A stretch of DNA of 63,873 nt, counting the filler, from Candidatus Hydrogenedentota bacterium (GTDB lineage: Bacteria > JBFMHD01): assembly GCA_040752395.1 (NCBI GenBank). It is 3 parts of 3 records of this genome, joined end to end, with 100 filler letters (N's around TTAATTAATTAA, not from the genome) between each part and the next. Parts side by side here need not be neighbours in the genome. Positions count along the whole stretch, not along the records: positions 16,285 to 32,185 come from JBFMHD010000049.1; positions 32,286 to 63,873 come from JBFMHD010000005.1; 1 more part is not named here. The stretch is one strand, 5' to 3'. The notes beneath the pieces were generated by a model. That model did no database searches. It had not been told where the DNA came from and saw only the letters and a program-made list of their open reading frames with translations. A program made the position numbers and the translations under genes. Below, piece after piece: positions 30,689 to 41,382 of this stretch (its first letter is position 1; every line of letters starts with the position of its first letter).

Positions 30689-31478
30689 GATAGGTTTTAT
30701 TGGCGGTGGGAATATGGCTGGCGCAATGATAAAAGGGTTGTGTAAGACTAAAGAATACAGAGTTTTTATAAGTGAAAAAAAAGATGAGAGACGGAAAATA
30801 TTAAGAAAATTATTTAAAGGTATAGAGGTCTATAATGATAATAAGAGATTGGTAAGAGAGAATGACTTGATAATTTTAGCCTGTAAACCTCAGGACATTA
30901 AAGATGTCTGTACACAAATAAAAAATGTGAATAAAAAAGATAAACTATTTCTCTCAATATTAGCAGGTGTTACTACAGCGAGTATTTATAATATGATGGG
31001 AGATGGCTGCAGGATTGTGAGGGCTATGCCAAACTCACCCGCATTAATAGGAAAGGGGATAACGGCTTTAGCCAAAGGTGTAAATGCAACTCATAGAGAT
31101 TTAAATATTTCAAGAAAACTTATGAGTTCAGTTGGTGAGGTGGTTATAGTTGGCGAAGAAGATATTAACTGGGTGACAGCTATCTCTGGCAGCGGACCTG
31201 CTTATTGTTTTTATTTAATGGAGAGTATGATTGAAGCAGGAAAAGACTCCGGAATAAGTCAGGAAATAATTAGAAAACTTGTTTTGAATACTCTATCAGG
31301 TGCTTCGGAACTCGCATTAAGGAGTGACAAAGATATTATAGAGTTAAGGCAGATGGTTACATCTAAACGCGGAACCACAGAATCAGCTATAAAATATTTC
31401 CAAAGAAAAAGATTGAAAAATATTATAAAACAAGGTATTAAAAGAGCTAAAAAGAGGGCAGATGAGTTGGGTACATGA
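30681..31478 (+). CDS. proC: Pyrroline-5-carboxylate reductase
   Basis: GFIGGGNMA, RAMPNSP, TAISGSGPAY, VTSKRGTT. Confidence 0.95.
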   Translation: MIKIGFIGGGNMAGAMIKGLCKTKEYRVFISEKKDERRKILRKLFKGIEVYNDNKRLVRENDLIILACKPQDIKDVCTQIKNVNKKDKLFLSILAGVTTASIYNMMGDGCRIVRAMPNSPALIGKGITALAKGVNATHRDLNISRKLMSSVGEVVIVGEEDINWVTAISGSGPAYCFYLMESMIEAGKDSGISQEIIRKLVLNTLSGASELALRSDKDIIELRQMVTSKRGTTESAIKYFQRKRLKNIIKQGIKRAKKRADELGT

Positions 31479-31713
31479 AAAACTAAAGATGATATGAAAA
31501 GAGTCGTGAGTCACAAGTCGCAAGTCGTGAGTCAAAACAGGACTCGAGACTCAAGACTCAAGACTCAAGACTTTTCAGCAGGCTTTTGGCTTTTGGCTCC
31601 AGCCGGCTGTAGTCCGTAGCCTGTAGCCTGTCCTGATACCTCTCACTTCTTCCGTTATCTTGCTTCTTGCTTCTACTTGATATTATTATAATTACAATGT
31701 TTTTCAGAGGAGG
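31475..31713. repeat. Modular intergenic repeat element filling the proC-hfq spacer
   Basis: Reverse complement of 37037-37261; overlaps the proC stop codon and provides the hfq SD. Confidence 0.9.
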
Positions 31714-31717
31714 GGAT

Positions 31718-31987
31718 ATGCAACAAAAAATACAGGATTTGCTTCTTAACGAAGCGAGAAAGAAAAAAATTCCGCTCACCATTTATTTGATGAATGGTGT
31801 CCCTGTAAAAGGTAGAATCATTGCGTTTGATAATTTTACGATTCTTATGAATGTTGAAGGTAAGCAGAGTCTGATATATAAACATGCTGTCTCTACCATT
31901 ATACCTTCTAAAGAGCTGATTGATTATCACGCTATGCTCGAGAGTGAAAAACAAGAAGAAGAAAAAGAAGAAGAGCAGGATGCCTGA
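31718..31987 (+). CDS. hfq: RNA chaperone Hfq (acidic C-terminal tail)
   Basis: [31 protein letters not shown]; precedes hflX. Confidence 0.95.
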   Translation: MQQKIQDLLLNEARKKKIPLTIYLMNGVPVKGRIIAFDNFTILMNVEGKQSLIYKHAVSTIIPSKELIDYHAMLESEKQEEEKEEEQDA

Positions 31988-32185
31988 AACGTATCTTCTG
32001 ACTGAGAAAATACCCAAACGAGTTTTCCTTGTTGGGTGCAGACTTCCAAAATCTAATCTAAATGATTTATCTATTTCAATAGTAGAATTAGAAAGTTTAG
32101 CTAAATCTGTGGGTAATATTGTTGTGGGGTCTAAGTTATTTAATTTAAAAGAGATAAATCCCGCTACCTTTATAGGTTATGGTAA
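31980..32185 (+). CDS. hflX: GTPase HflX, N-terminus (cut by gap)
   Basis: [10 protein letters not shown]...PATFIGYG, directly after hfq. Confidence 0.85.
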
Positions 32186-32285
32186 NNNNNNNNNNNNNNN
32201 NNNNNNNNNNNNNNNNNNNNNNNNNNNNNTTAATTAATTAANNNNNNNNNNNNNNNNNNNNNNNNNNNNNNNNNNNNNNNNNNNN
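32186..32285. other. Artificial contig linker / assembly gap
   Basis: N44-TTAATTAATTAA-N44. Confidence 0.97.
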
Positions 32286-32388
32286 AACCATTTGGTCCAA
32301 CAATCATAGTTATCCCATCGTTAAAAGATATATTTGTTTTGTCTGCAAAAGATTTAAATCCAAAAAGTTCAATCTCTTTAAGAAACAT
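32286..32388 (-). CDS. smc: Chromosome segregation protein SMC, N-terminus (cut by gap)
   Basis: Not in ORF track. Manual translation gives [34 protein letters not shown]. Confidence 0.92.
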
Positions 32389-32398
32389 AGCGTGTCTC

Positions 32399-34516
32399 CT
32401 ATCTTACCTCTACGATCTCTTTCTGCGATTCCCTGAACCTTATATCCTCGTCAAGCGGGAACAAAGTGCCATACAAAAATACTTCGTCATTTAATTGCAT
32501 TTTTTCTCTGGTTTCATACCAGGGTATCATCTCACCGATTGAATAATTTTCAAGCGCACCTGTAACTTTTACATAACCAAGAAATCTTAATCTTGTATGT
32601 TTTTCACCTGTGGATCTTATATCAATATGTGGGATGCCTTTATCAATATCACGAAAAACATATAAGATATCCCCCTTTTTAACATTGTGAAGACGACCTA
32701 AATTAACAAGCGCAAAGTTTTTCTCTATTTTGTAAATTTTGCCTGGGGGTGACAATGTCTCTCTCAGGGTCTTAATAATACTATCAAGCACTTTGTCAAT
32801 TCTACCCTCGCCCTGGCTTGCTGCGACTTCGTACTCTATCTTTTTCCTCGATGTTATATCCATAATATTATAAACTGCAGAGGCTCTCTTCTCATCTTCT
32901 CTGAAATTGCCCCAGATAACAAGTCTCGCACCTAATTTGAGTGTTAGCTCCTCAATAATCGCTTCTAATTCTATCTGTGATTCTTTTATCTGCTGATCAA
33001 TCTGTAAAGAACTCACATCAATAACTTTATAACCGTCTAAAAATGATATCCGATTTCTTAACATCAGGGATAATATTTCACCTCCATCCCAGTGATTAAC
33101 AGAAGGATTTTCTGTATAGAAATTAAGGACAAGGATAGGTAATTGAGGCTGTTCGATTGGTTCAGGCTCAGTGATGAGTCCGCTTCGCTCCCTTAATAAT
33201 TGCTCGTCTCTTTTTAGAAACTCCTCAAGGTCTTTTGCATCTCTATTAAATGGGTCTAACTCTAAAAGTTTGTTAACATGAAAATTTGCCTGTTTAAATA
33301 TCTGATTTTTATAGTAATAAGTTGCTAATTCTTTTCTTGCGTTTGGGTTCTGCGGCGTAAGTTTTACTGCTTTTCTAAAATGAACCAAACTGAGCATACC
33401 CTCTTTAGCATTAAAATATCCTTTGGCTTTTTCAATATGTTCACCTGATAAAGTTATTCTCTCTCTATCATCCACAGGTCTGTTTTTTATAAGCAGCTTT
33501 TCTACACTAAAAAGACTGATCTCGTCTTCAGGGTCTATTTTTTTCAATTCTAAAAGATTATTTATTGCGAGTGCTATATCTCCTTTTTTATGTAAAATCA
33601 GACTCTTATTATATAACGCTATGGTATGTGTAGGATTTAGACTTAATACTTTATCAATAGTGGCTAATGCATTGGTATCATCACCCTCCTCATTTTCAAG
33701 ATAACTGATTAATAATAAAACATTAATATTATCAGTCTTGTCTTTTACCAGCGAGAGCTTGTTCAATGCCTCTTTTTTTAATGATTTTGAGATTGAAACC
33801 ATGGCCTGTGATAAGTTTTCCTCGGCAAGCTCATTTAAAAATAATCCGTATTTTATAGAAGGATATGAGGGATCCCTGGAAAATTTTATAGCACTCTCGT
33901 AATACTCTCTTATTTTAGATTCCATTTTCTTAAGACTCAACTCAAGCCTTGGCTTGTCAACCCATTCCTTTTTTAAAGATTGTAACCATATATCCCTTCT
34001 ATCCTCACTTATAATCTCAGCTAAATAAGAATACGGTTCTCCAAATTGAGGATGCTCTTTTATTATGTCTTCTAATAATACTTTTGCTTCTCTCTTTTTA
34101 TTATTCTTTAGAAGTATAAAAGAATTATTAATAAGAGCTGCTGGATTAGTTGGTTGCCGAGTTAAAACCTCTTTTATATAAGCTAAACTTGTATCGTACT
34201 CTTCTCTTTCAATATATAACCAGGCAATGTTATTAAGACATTCTATATAATTAGGGTCAATTTTGATTGCTTTGTTAAATTCAAGTAATGCTTCGTCATC
34301 TCTATTTAAAGCAGCATATATTCTGCCCAGACCATTATATGCTTCTTTTGTAAAAGGTCGTATCTCAAGAATGCGTTTATAATATTCTATAGCAAGACTA
34401 TATTCCTTGTTTGTAAAAGCTTCTTCTGCTTTATTTAAATATAATAAAATGTTATTATTAGCATTTAAACTTGAAATGGCAATAAACATAATAATTAATA
34501 AGAGGTATCTTTTCAT
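32399..34516 (-). CDS. Exported TPR-repeat protein with CsgG/TolB_N-like and FlgT_C-like C-terminal domains
   Basis: Signal peptide, multiple TPRs ([18 protein letters not shown]), C-terminal [25 protein letters not shown]. Confidence 0.7.
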   Translation of the reverse strand: MKRYLLLIIMFIAISSLNANNNILLYLNKAEEAFTNKEYSLAIEYYKRILEIRPFTKEAYNGLGRIYAALNRDDEALLEFNKAIKIDPNYIECLNNIAWLYIEREEYDTSLAYIKEVLTRQPTNPAALINNSFILLKNNKKREAKVLLEDIIKEHPQFGEPYSYLAEIISEDRRDIWLQSLKKEWVDKPRLELSLKKMESKIREYYESAIKFSRDPSYPSIKYGLFLNELAEENLSQAMVSISKSLKKEALNKLSLVKDKTDNINVLLLISYLENEEGDDTNALATIDKVLSLNPTHTIALYNKSLILHKKGDIALAINNLLELKKIDPEDEISLFSVEKLLIKNRPVDDRERITLSGEHIEKAKGYFNAKEGMLSLVHFRKAVKLTPQNPNARKELATYYYKNQIFKQANFHVNKLLELDPFNRDAKDLEEFLKRDEQLLRERSGLITEPEPIEQPQLPILVLNFYTENPSVNHWDGGEILSLMLRNRISFLDGYKVIDVSSLQIDQQIKESQIELEAIIEELTLKLGARLVIWGNFREDEKRASAVYNIMDITSRKKIEYEVAASQGEGRIDKVLDSIIKTLRETLSPPGKIYKIEKNFALVNLGRLHNVKKGDILYVFRDIDKGIPHIDIRSTGEKHTRLRFLGYVKVTGALENYSIGEMIPWYETREKMQLNDEVFLYGTLFPLDEDIRFRESQKEIVEVR

Positions 34517-34604
34517 AGATATTTCTATATAGTTAAAAGTATTAATATTATCGGAATTATAAATGTAAAGTTTTAAGGTTTGTTTTCCAATATTTATTTC
34601 TTTT

Positions 34605-35735
34605 CTACTCTGTGCCTCTGTAAAAAGAAACTAAGAATTTTTTAAGAAATTGGTATGCTAAATTAAAATCTGTTATATCCAGTTTCTCTTTATAAGAATG
34701 CGGGTTATATATACCACAACTCATATTTAAACAAGGTATATTATTCTCAAAAAGAATATTCGCATCGCTACCACCACAGGTTATTGTCTTTTTAAGTTTT
34801 ATACCCATTTTTTTCATAACAGATTTAACCTGTTTTAAATATTTATTTCTATTACTAATTATATAACCTGAATATTCTTTTTTAATCTCTCTTTTATACT
34901 CTCCCTTAAATAAACGAGCTATCTTTTTAGACTTTTTATCAATCCTATTTATAAGTCTATCTACCTTGTCTTTATCAATACTCCTTGCCTCATAATCTAC
35001 CTTAACTAAGTCAGGTACAACATTTGTTGCGATACCACCATTGATTTTACCAACATTCCAGACTGTCTGATGGTCTATCCTTCCGAACTTGAAACTATTT
35101 ATAACTTTTGAAGCTATAGAGATAGCATTGACCCCTTTTTCAGGTTCAACGCCTGCGTGTGTCCGTTTACCAATATATTCAGCAAAAATACGTTTATGAT
35201 ATGGAGTTTTTACTACTACCTCGCCAAAAGCTCCGCAATGGTCAAAAAGAATGGCAAAATCAGCCTTGATATTATTAAAATTAAAAGCTTTTGTCCCGCA
35301 AAGACCTGCTTCTTCTCCAAAGGTAAATAATAAAGATACCTCTGGAATCTCTAATCTCCTGGTGTAATATTCCTCAACTAATCGCAAAAATAATGATATC
35401 CCGGCACGATTATCAGCACCAAGTATAGTCTCCCCTTTTGATTTTATAAAATTATCCTTTCTAACAGGAACTATTCTACCAGAAGTAGCAACAGTATCAG
35501 TATGTGCTAATAAAAGAACTCTTTTAATATTTTTCTTTTTTGAAGGATTAATAGTACAAAATAGATTAGTTGTTTTGCTATTATATTTTTTACCTTGATA
35601 ATCAAGTGTAGATTCTATTTTATATTTTGAGAGAAAAGATTTTATATACTTTATAACCTCTTCTTCCTTGAACGATTCACCTGGTATAACACATAATTGT
35701 TTAAATATCTCTAAAAGCCGTTTATCTTCACTCAT
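34605..35735 (-). CDS. M20 family peptidase (peptidase T-like)
   Basis: AHTDTV, LGADNRAG, EEAGL, HAGVEPEKG, GGSDAN. Confidence 0.9.
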   Translation of the reverse strand: MSEDKRLLEIFKQLCVIPGESFKEEEVIKYIKSFLSKYKIESTLDYQGKKYNSKTTNLFCTINPSKKKNIKRVLLLAHTDTVATSGRIVPVRKDNFIKSKGETILGADNRAGISLFLRLVEEYYTRRLEIPEVSLLFTFGEEAGLCGTKAFNFNNIKADFAILFDHCGAFGEVVVKTPYHKRIFAEYIGKRTHAGVEPEKGVNAISIASKVINSFKFGRIDHQTVWNVGKINGGIATNVVPDLVKVDYEARSIDKDKVDRLINRIDKKSKKIARLFKGEYKREIKKEYSGYIISNRNKYLKQVKSVMKKMGIKLKKTITCGGSDANILFENNIPCLNMSCGIYNPHSYKEKLDITDFNLAYQFLKKFLVSFYRGTE

Positions 35736-35747
35736 GAGTATCTCGCT

Positions 35748-37379
<1,632 letters not shown>

Positions 37380-37476
37380 ATGAAAAGTTAAAAGTTAAAA
37401 CTAAGAATGTAGTTGTAAAGATTATTAATATCTCAAAAGTGGTCAAGAGAAATTATTTGACAGCTGGAACATCTTT

Positions 37477-37514
37477 AAAAAGTAAGTCCCGCTGGTGTTA
37501 ACAGCGGGACTTAC
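37477..37514 (-). terminator. Intrinsic terminator (13-bp perfect stem)
   Basis: GTAAGTCCCGCTG-N7-CAGCGGGACTTAC with a T5 tract on the minus strand. Confidence 0.85.
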
Positions 37515-37603
37515 ACCCACAAAAGTGACTACAAAGGAACTTTTGGGACCTATACACTTAAGCCAAGGGAGGGACGCTTAAATGTTGTTACAGGTTCTGG
37601 TCT
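37477..37603 (-). ncRNA. Candidate sigma28-dependent small RNA (~125 nt)
   Basis: Bounded by a consensus sigma28 promoter and a strong terminator; no SD-ATG ORF; carries an anti-SD stretch GUCCCUCCCUU. Confidence 0.6.
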
Positions 37604-37609
37604 ATTTAC

Positions 37610-37636
37610 TTATCGGCTATTTTTTTAGTAGCTTTA
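37610..37636 (-). promoter_or_regulatory. sigma28 (FliA/SigD) promoter
   Basis: Minus strand TAAA-N15-GCCGATAA, exact consensus. Confidence 0.8.
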
Positions 37637-37877
37637 AATTATTTTTAGTTTTTCACCGAGGCAAAGTCCTGTTTTATCTACAAATCCTGACCTTGTTTCA
37701 AGAGCAGTGTTCTTTCGGTAAGCGTGTGTGGGGCGTAAATACTAAACCATATTTACACCACTATCACTTCAAGCACTATTGCCGAAAGGACACGAATTGC
37801 AGTGAGAGTTTCTGATTCAAAGATACATAAATTTAATACAAGCTGCTCTGTCGCAAAGGAGACTAAGCTGATAAAAA

Positions 37878-40800
37878 TTATTCAAGTGACCAGGCAGGTG
37901 ACCAGTCACTCTGCGGAGGAGCTTCTATTAGTTTTGTTATTTTATCGACATATTTCTTTGTTGGACCATCAGCCGGGTTTTTCTCAAGTATCTTTTTGAA
38001 AAACTCTATTGATTTATCAAACTCTCTCTTTTGATATAAACTACGTGCCTCGTTGAACATAGCTCGTAGAGTTCTGGTTGTATCTTGTATTGTACAATAA
38101 TCCGACACCATTTTATGATATCCATCCGGGTTTGCAACGATATAATCAGTAAGTTTTGCTAACCCGTTTCTTATTTTAACTGAGATTAAGATTATCTGAT
38201 TATTTATTTTATTAGTATCAACAACAGCTGTCTGAATATTTTCTATCAGTTGTTTAAGGTGTTTGCCTATTTCGATTGCTATATTATCTCCAGGTGGCGT
38301 AAACAAACAGCGTTTGTAAAAACACTCAACACGTTTATCAAGTGTATCGAGTGTTTTCAAGAGTTCTTCATATAATTGCGGGTTCTGCGTATTTGTGGAC
38401 TGATAATCCGACTTCAGGATTTCAAGCATATGTTTTATTATATATTTCCATTCAAAGATCTGTTTTTCCCATGTTGTTTTAGCTGTTTCTTTTTTTGTTT
38501 TTAAATTTATAATTTCAGGATTATTTTTAATTTTGTCATCAGAGATATTCTGATAAATTGTATTAAATCTCAAAACAAGTGCTTCTATCTCATTTTTTAC
38601 TTCAATAGTTGCAATTATATCATTATTCTTCATAAATTCTATTACCAGGGGAGACAAATCTGAAAAATACTTTTTTATTTCTTTAACGAACTCTGTTTCT
38701 TCTATTTTTTTAGTAGAATAATAATGGTGGTATCCGAGTATCTTTTCAGGTGGCATATTTTTTAAACCTTCAATTATCAAAGCCGGGATAGGTTTACCAA
38801 CCCAGTATTCGAGAAACTTCTCTTTTTTCCAGCCTATAAGTTCATAAACAGGCAGAGGTGGTTCATCTTCGTGTAATTTCAGGTAATTTAGTAATCTTTC
38901 TTCGATATAATTTTTACTTTTTTCATAGGTAAAAGGGCCGAGAGCGATCCAGGAGTCAAATACTTTGTTAACAGGTTCGAGTTCTTCAGCGAGAGATACA
39001 GCTTCACCCATAACTGAATACTGTCTCTTTTTTTCAGAACCCATATTACCAGCAGAAACGACGCCGGTATTAATGCCCATACGTGCAGAGATTTTAACTC
39101 CGAATTTGAGCTGAATCATACGTTGAATTACTTGTAGTTCTTCCTGTTGTTCAAGCGCGGCATAGCAGCATTTCCATGCATTGTCTTTATCATTCATCGG
39201 CACACCCATCTGTGCCTTAATAGCATCGCCCTCGTATTTATCAATATTCCCACTGTATTTCATAATAATATTACTCATAGGTGTAAGATAAATATTCAAA
39301 ATATTAGCAAGTTCCTGAGCTGTCACACCTTCAGAAATTGTAGTAAAACCTGATACATCCGAAGAGAACATAGTCGCTTCAAGTCTATCCCCGGAGATAT
39401 TGAATTTATCAGGATTATCCTCCATAATTTTTAAAATCTCTGGTGAGACCATAGTAGAGAACATATCACGGACTTTTTTTCGTTCCCGCTGGATTTCAAG
39501 ATATTTATAAGCCAGTGTCAAAACCCATGTTGCGATGGCCGTTGTTTCAATAGAAATAATTGGTAATATAAAACCTTTGCTAAATAGATACCAGGAAATG
39601 ACAGGATAACCTGAGAATACAACAAAAGTTGCAAGTGTCCCTCTCAGAGTCAAGTTCAATGTTGTATAAGTTAATAAAAAAGAGATAAGAATTATTATAA
39701 GATATTCTATATATGGGCTGATATTTTTAAGGAATTGTCGGGTAATTATAGTATTCAAAGCATTTGCTGGATAACCTATCATCATATACCTGTTTTCAAG
39801 TGGTGATGGGTTTTGTGAAGAGAGCCCCGTGGCAGTAAGACCGGTGAATATAATTTTGTTATGTAACTCCATTAGCGAAACAGTAAATTTCTTAAGACCC
39901 ATTCTTACTTCTGATGGTTCTGGAAAAAACAAGGGTTGCACCTTACCAATCATATTTTTCTTAAAGAAAAATTTTGTCTGGTTGTATCCTTCCTTTAATA
40001 AAATCGAGTCCTGCATTTTACATTTTTTTAAAATATCTTCGTATTTGGGGTCTTTATCTCTATTTAATTCAGTTAACAAGGTTTTGTTAAAAACCATTTG
40101 ATGCCAGATATTCGTATCAGCAAGTGTTTGGCCAAGTCCTACACCACAAAGAAAAATATTATAATCAGCATCCATCTCAATAAAATATTCCATTAACCAT
40201 GAAATAAAAAGAGACCATGCAATCTGTTTTGCTTTTTTTTCAGGAACAAGGCCGGAATGAATTAATCCTGTATTTAGATAATCTAATACTGTCATCGGGT
40301 CGCTCGTTCCTATGGGATGATTCTGCAAGATTTTTTTACCAAGTATAAAAGTGTAATAATAAGCGATAAGATTATAAGGCAGATGAGTAAAACTTTCTTT
40401 ATAAGCGCCGGTCCAGTTAATAGTTAAAAAACCTTGTTCATCGATGGGTATTCTGAAAGGAGATTGAGTTTGGAATTGAATATATTTCCCTGGATATACC
40501 AATATTTTATTAAGTGGGGTATTGAAATAATCAGCTGCGATTAAAGTTACAAGTGAAGGATAGACCGCACCTTCATATTTAACAGCCATAGAATAATGTC
40601 TTGCGATACCATCATTATCAAGAAATATTCTATTATAGCCCACGCCTTTAACTATCTCATTTAATTTTTTTATTGGCGGGATGAAATCAACAGCTGTTTT
40701 CAAATCATCAATGTTTTTATAATTTTCTAACGTGAATTTACTCATTGATAAAATATTTTCTTTACGGTCAGGAAGGATCTGGTTCTTTTTTAATTCTGTT

Positions 40801-41345
40801 AATTCCTTGAGTTCTTTTTTTGATATGCTTATTTCAGGTAGATAAAAATTACTGCATAGAAATACATTTTTATAGTTTGTGATAGTTTCTATCATTTCTT
40901 TATTAAAATCCGGAACAGCGCTTAAGATTACCTCAGTATTTGAATTATTATTTATGTGATGATTTAACTGAGTATTAATATTTTTCGCGGTATTTTCCTG
41001 GAAATAAATAGTACTTTCTTTATTAAAAGTAATATCAACAAAACTACAGGATGCAGCAGAATATAAATCACAAACATCAACAATAATTTTCAGTTTATCC
41101 CATGGCCAGGGCCATCTTCCAATACTTTCAATGGCATTATCATCAATATCAATGGTAACGATTTTATCAGAGATGATAGGTTTTTGGAAGTATCTACGCT
41201 TATGTCGGCTATCGATTGTAAAGTTTTCTAATTGGTCAAATGATTTAAATAAATCGAGTAATATTATAATTAAAGCTATTACTGAGCTAATGATTAAAGT
41301 CCTTAATAAGAGATTTTTTAGTTCAATCTGTTTTTTAGTTCCCAT
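37878..41345 (-). CDS. CHASE2-domain class III adenylate cyclase, C1-like half (metal-binding Asps kept, Asn/Arg lost)
   Basis: CHASE2 (IDIDD..IGRWPWP, DNDGIAR), TMs, cyclase SSDVSGFT / IDKYEGDA / RMGINTG / GEAVSLAEELE, TPR-like tail. Confidence 0.9.
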   Translation of the reverse strand: MGTKKQIELKNLLLRTLIISSVIALIIILLDLFKSFDQLENFTIDSRHKRRYFQKPIISDKIVTIDIDDNAIESIGRWPWPWDKLKIIVDVCDLYSAASCSFVDITFNKESTIYFQENTAKNINTQLNHHINNNSNTEVILSAVPDFNKEMIETITNYKNVFLCSNFYLPEISISKKELKELTELKKNQILPDRKENILSMSKFTLENYKNIDDLKTAVDFIPPIKKLNEIVKGVGYNRIFLDNDGIARHYSMAVKYEGAVYPSLVTLIAADYFNTPLNKILVYPGKYIQFQTQSPFRIPIDEQGFLTINWTGAYKESFTHLPYNLIAYYYTFILGKKILQNHPIGTSDPMTVLDYLNTGLIHSGLVPEKKAKQIAWSLFISWLMEYFIEMDADYNIFLCGVGLGQTLADTNIWHQMVFNKTLLTELNRDKDPKYEDILKKCKMQDSILLKEGYNQTKFFFKKNMIGKVQPLFFPEPSEVRMGLKKFTVSLMELHNKIIFTGLTATGLSSQNPSPLENRYMMIGYPANALNTIITRQFLKNISPYIEYLIIILISFLLTYTTLNLTLRGTLATFVVFSGYPVISWYLFSKGFILPIISIETTAIATWVLTLAYKYLEIQRERKKVRDMFSTMVSPEILKIMEDNPDKFNISGDRLEATMFSSDVSGFTTISEGVTAQELANILNIYLTPMSNIIMKYSGNIDKYEGDAIKAQMGVPMNDKDNAWKCCYAALEQQEELQVIQRMIQLKFGVKISARMGINTGVVSAGNMGSEKKRQYSVMGEAVSLAEELEPVNKVFDSWIALGPFTYEKSKNYIEERLLNYLKLHEDEPPLPVYELIGWKKEKFLEYWVGKPIPALIIEGLKNMPPEKILGYHHYYSTKKIEETEFVKEIKKYFSDLSPLVIEFMKNNDIIATIEVKNEIEALVLRFNTIYQNISDDKIKNNPEIINLKTKKETAKTTWEKQIFEWKYIIKHMLEILKSDYQSTNTQNPQLYEELLKTLDTLDKRVECFYKRCLFTPPGDNIAIEIGKHLKQLIENIQTAVVDTNKINNQIILISVKIRNGLAKLTDYIVANPDGYHKMVSDYCTIQDTTRTLRAMFNEARSLYQKREFDKSIEFFKKILEKNPADGPTKKYVDKITKLIEAPPQSDWSPAWSLE

Positions 41346-41382
41346 AATCGTGGAGGCCCTTTGTCGTTAAAGTCACTGGTGC

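Noticed and set aside
31558-32017. ORFs through repeat elements and antisense shadow ORFs (e.g. 36-326, 14799-14996, 16394-16645, 31558-31782, 63645-63857), and the N-terminal extensions of hfq, nikR, rpsO, trmJ and the prepilin peptidase
   Set aside because: They translate repeat DNA or lie opposite well-supported genes; better SD-ATG starts exist downstream.
37655-37800. RNase P RNA (GAGGCAAAGTCC), lysine riboswitch or c-di-GMP riboswitch
   Set aside because: Only isolated short motifs match; the remaining conserved elements and spacing are absent.
37582-37815. 77-aa plus-strand ORF preceded by GGGAGG
   Set aside because: No recognisable protein features; it overlaps an antisense sigma28 promoter and a long hairpin. 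The GGGAGG is better explained as the template of the sRNA seed, though the ORF is not fully excluded.
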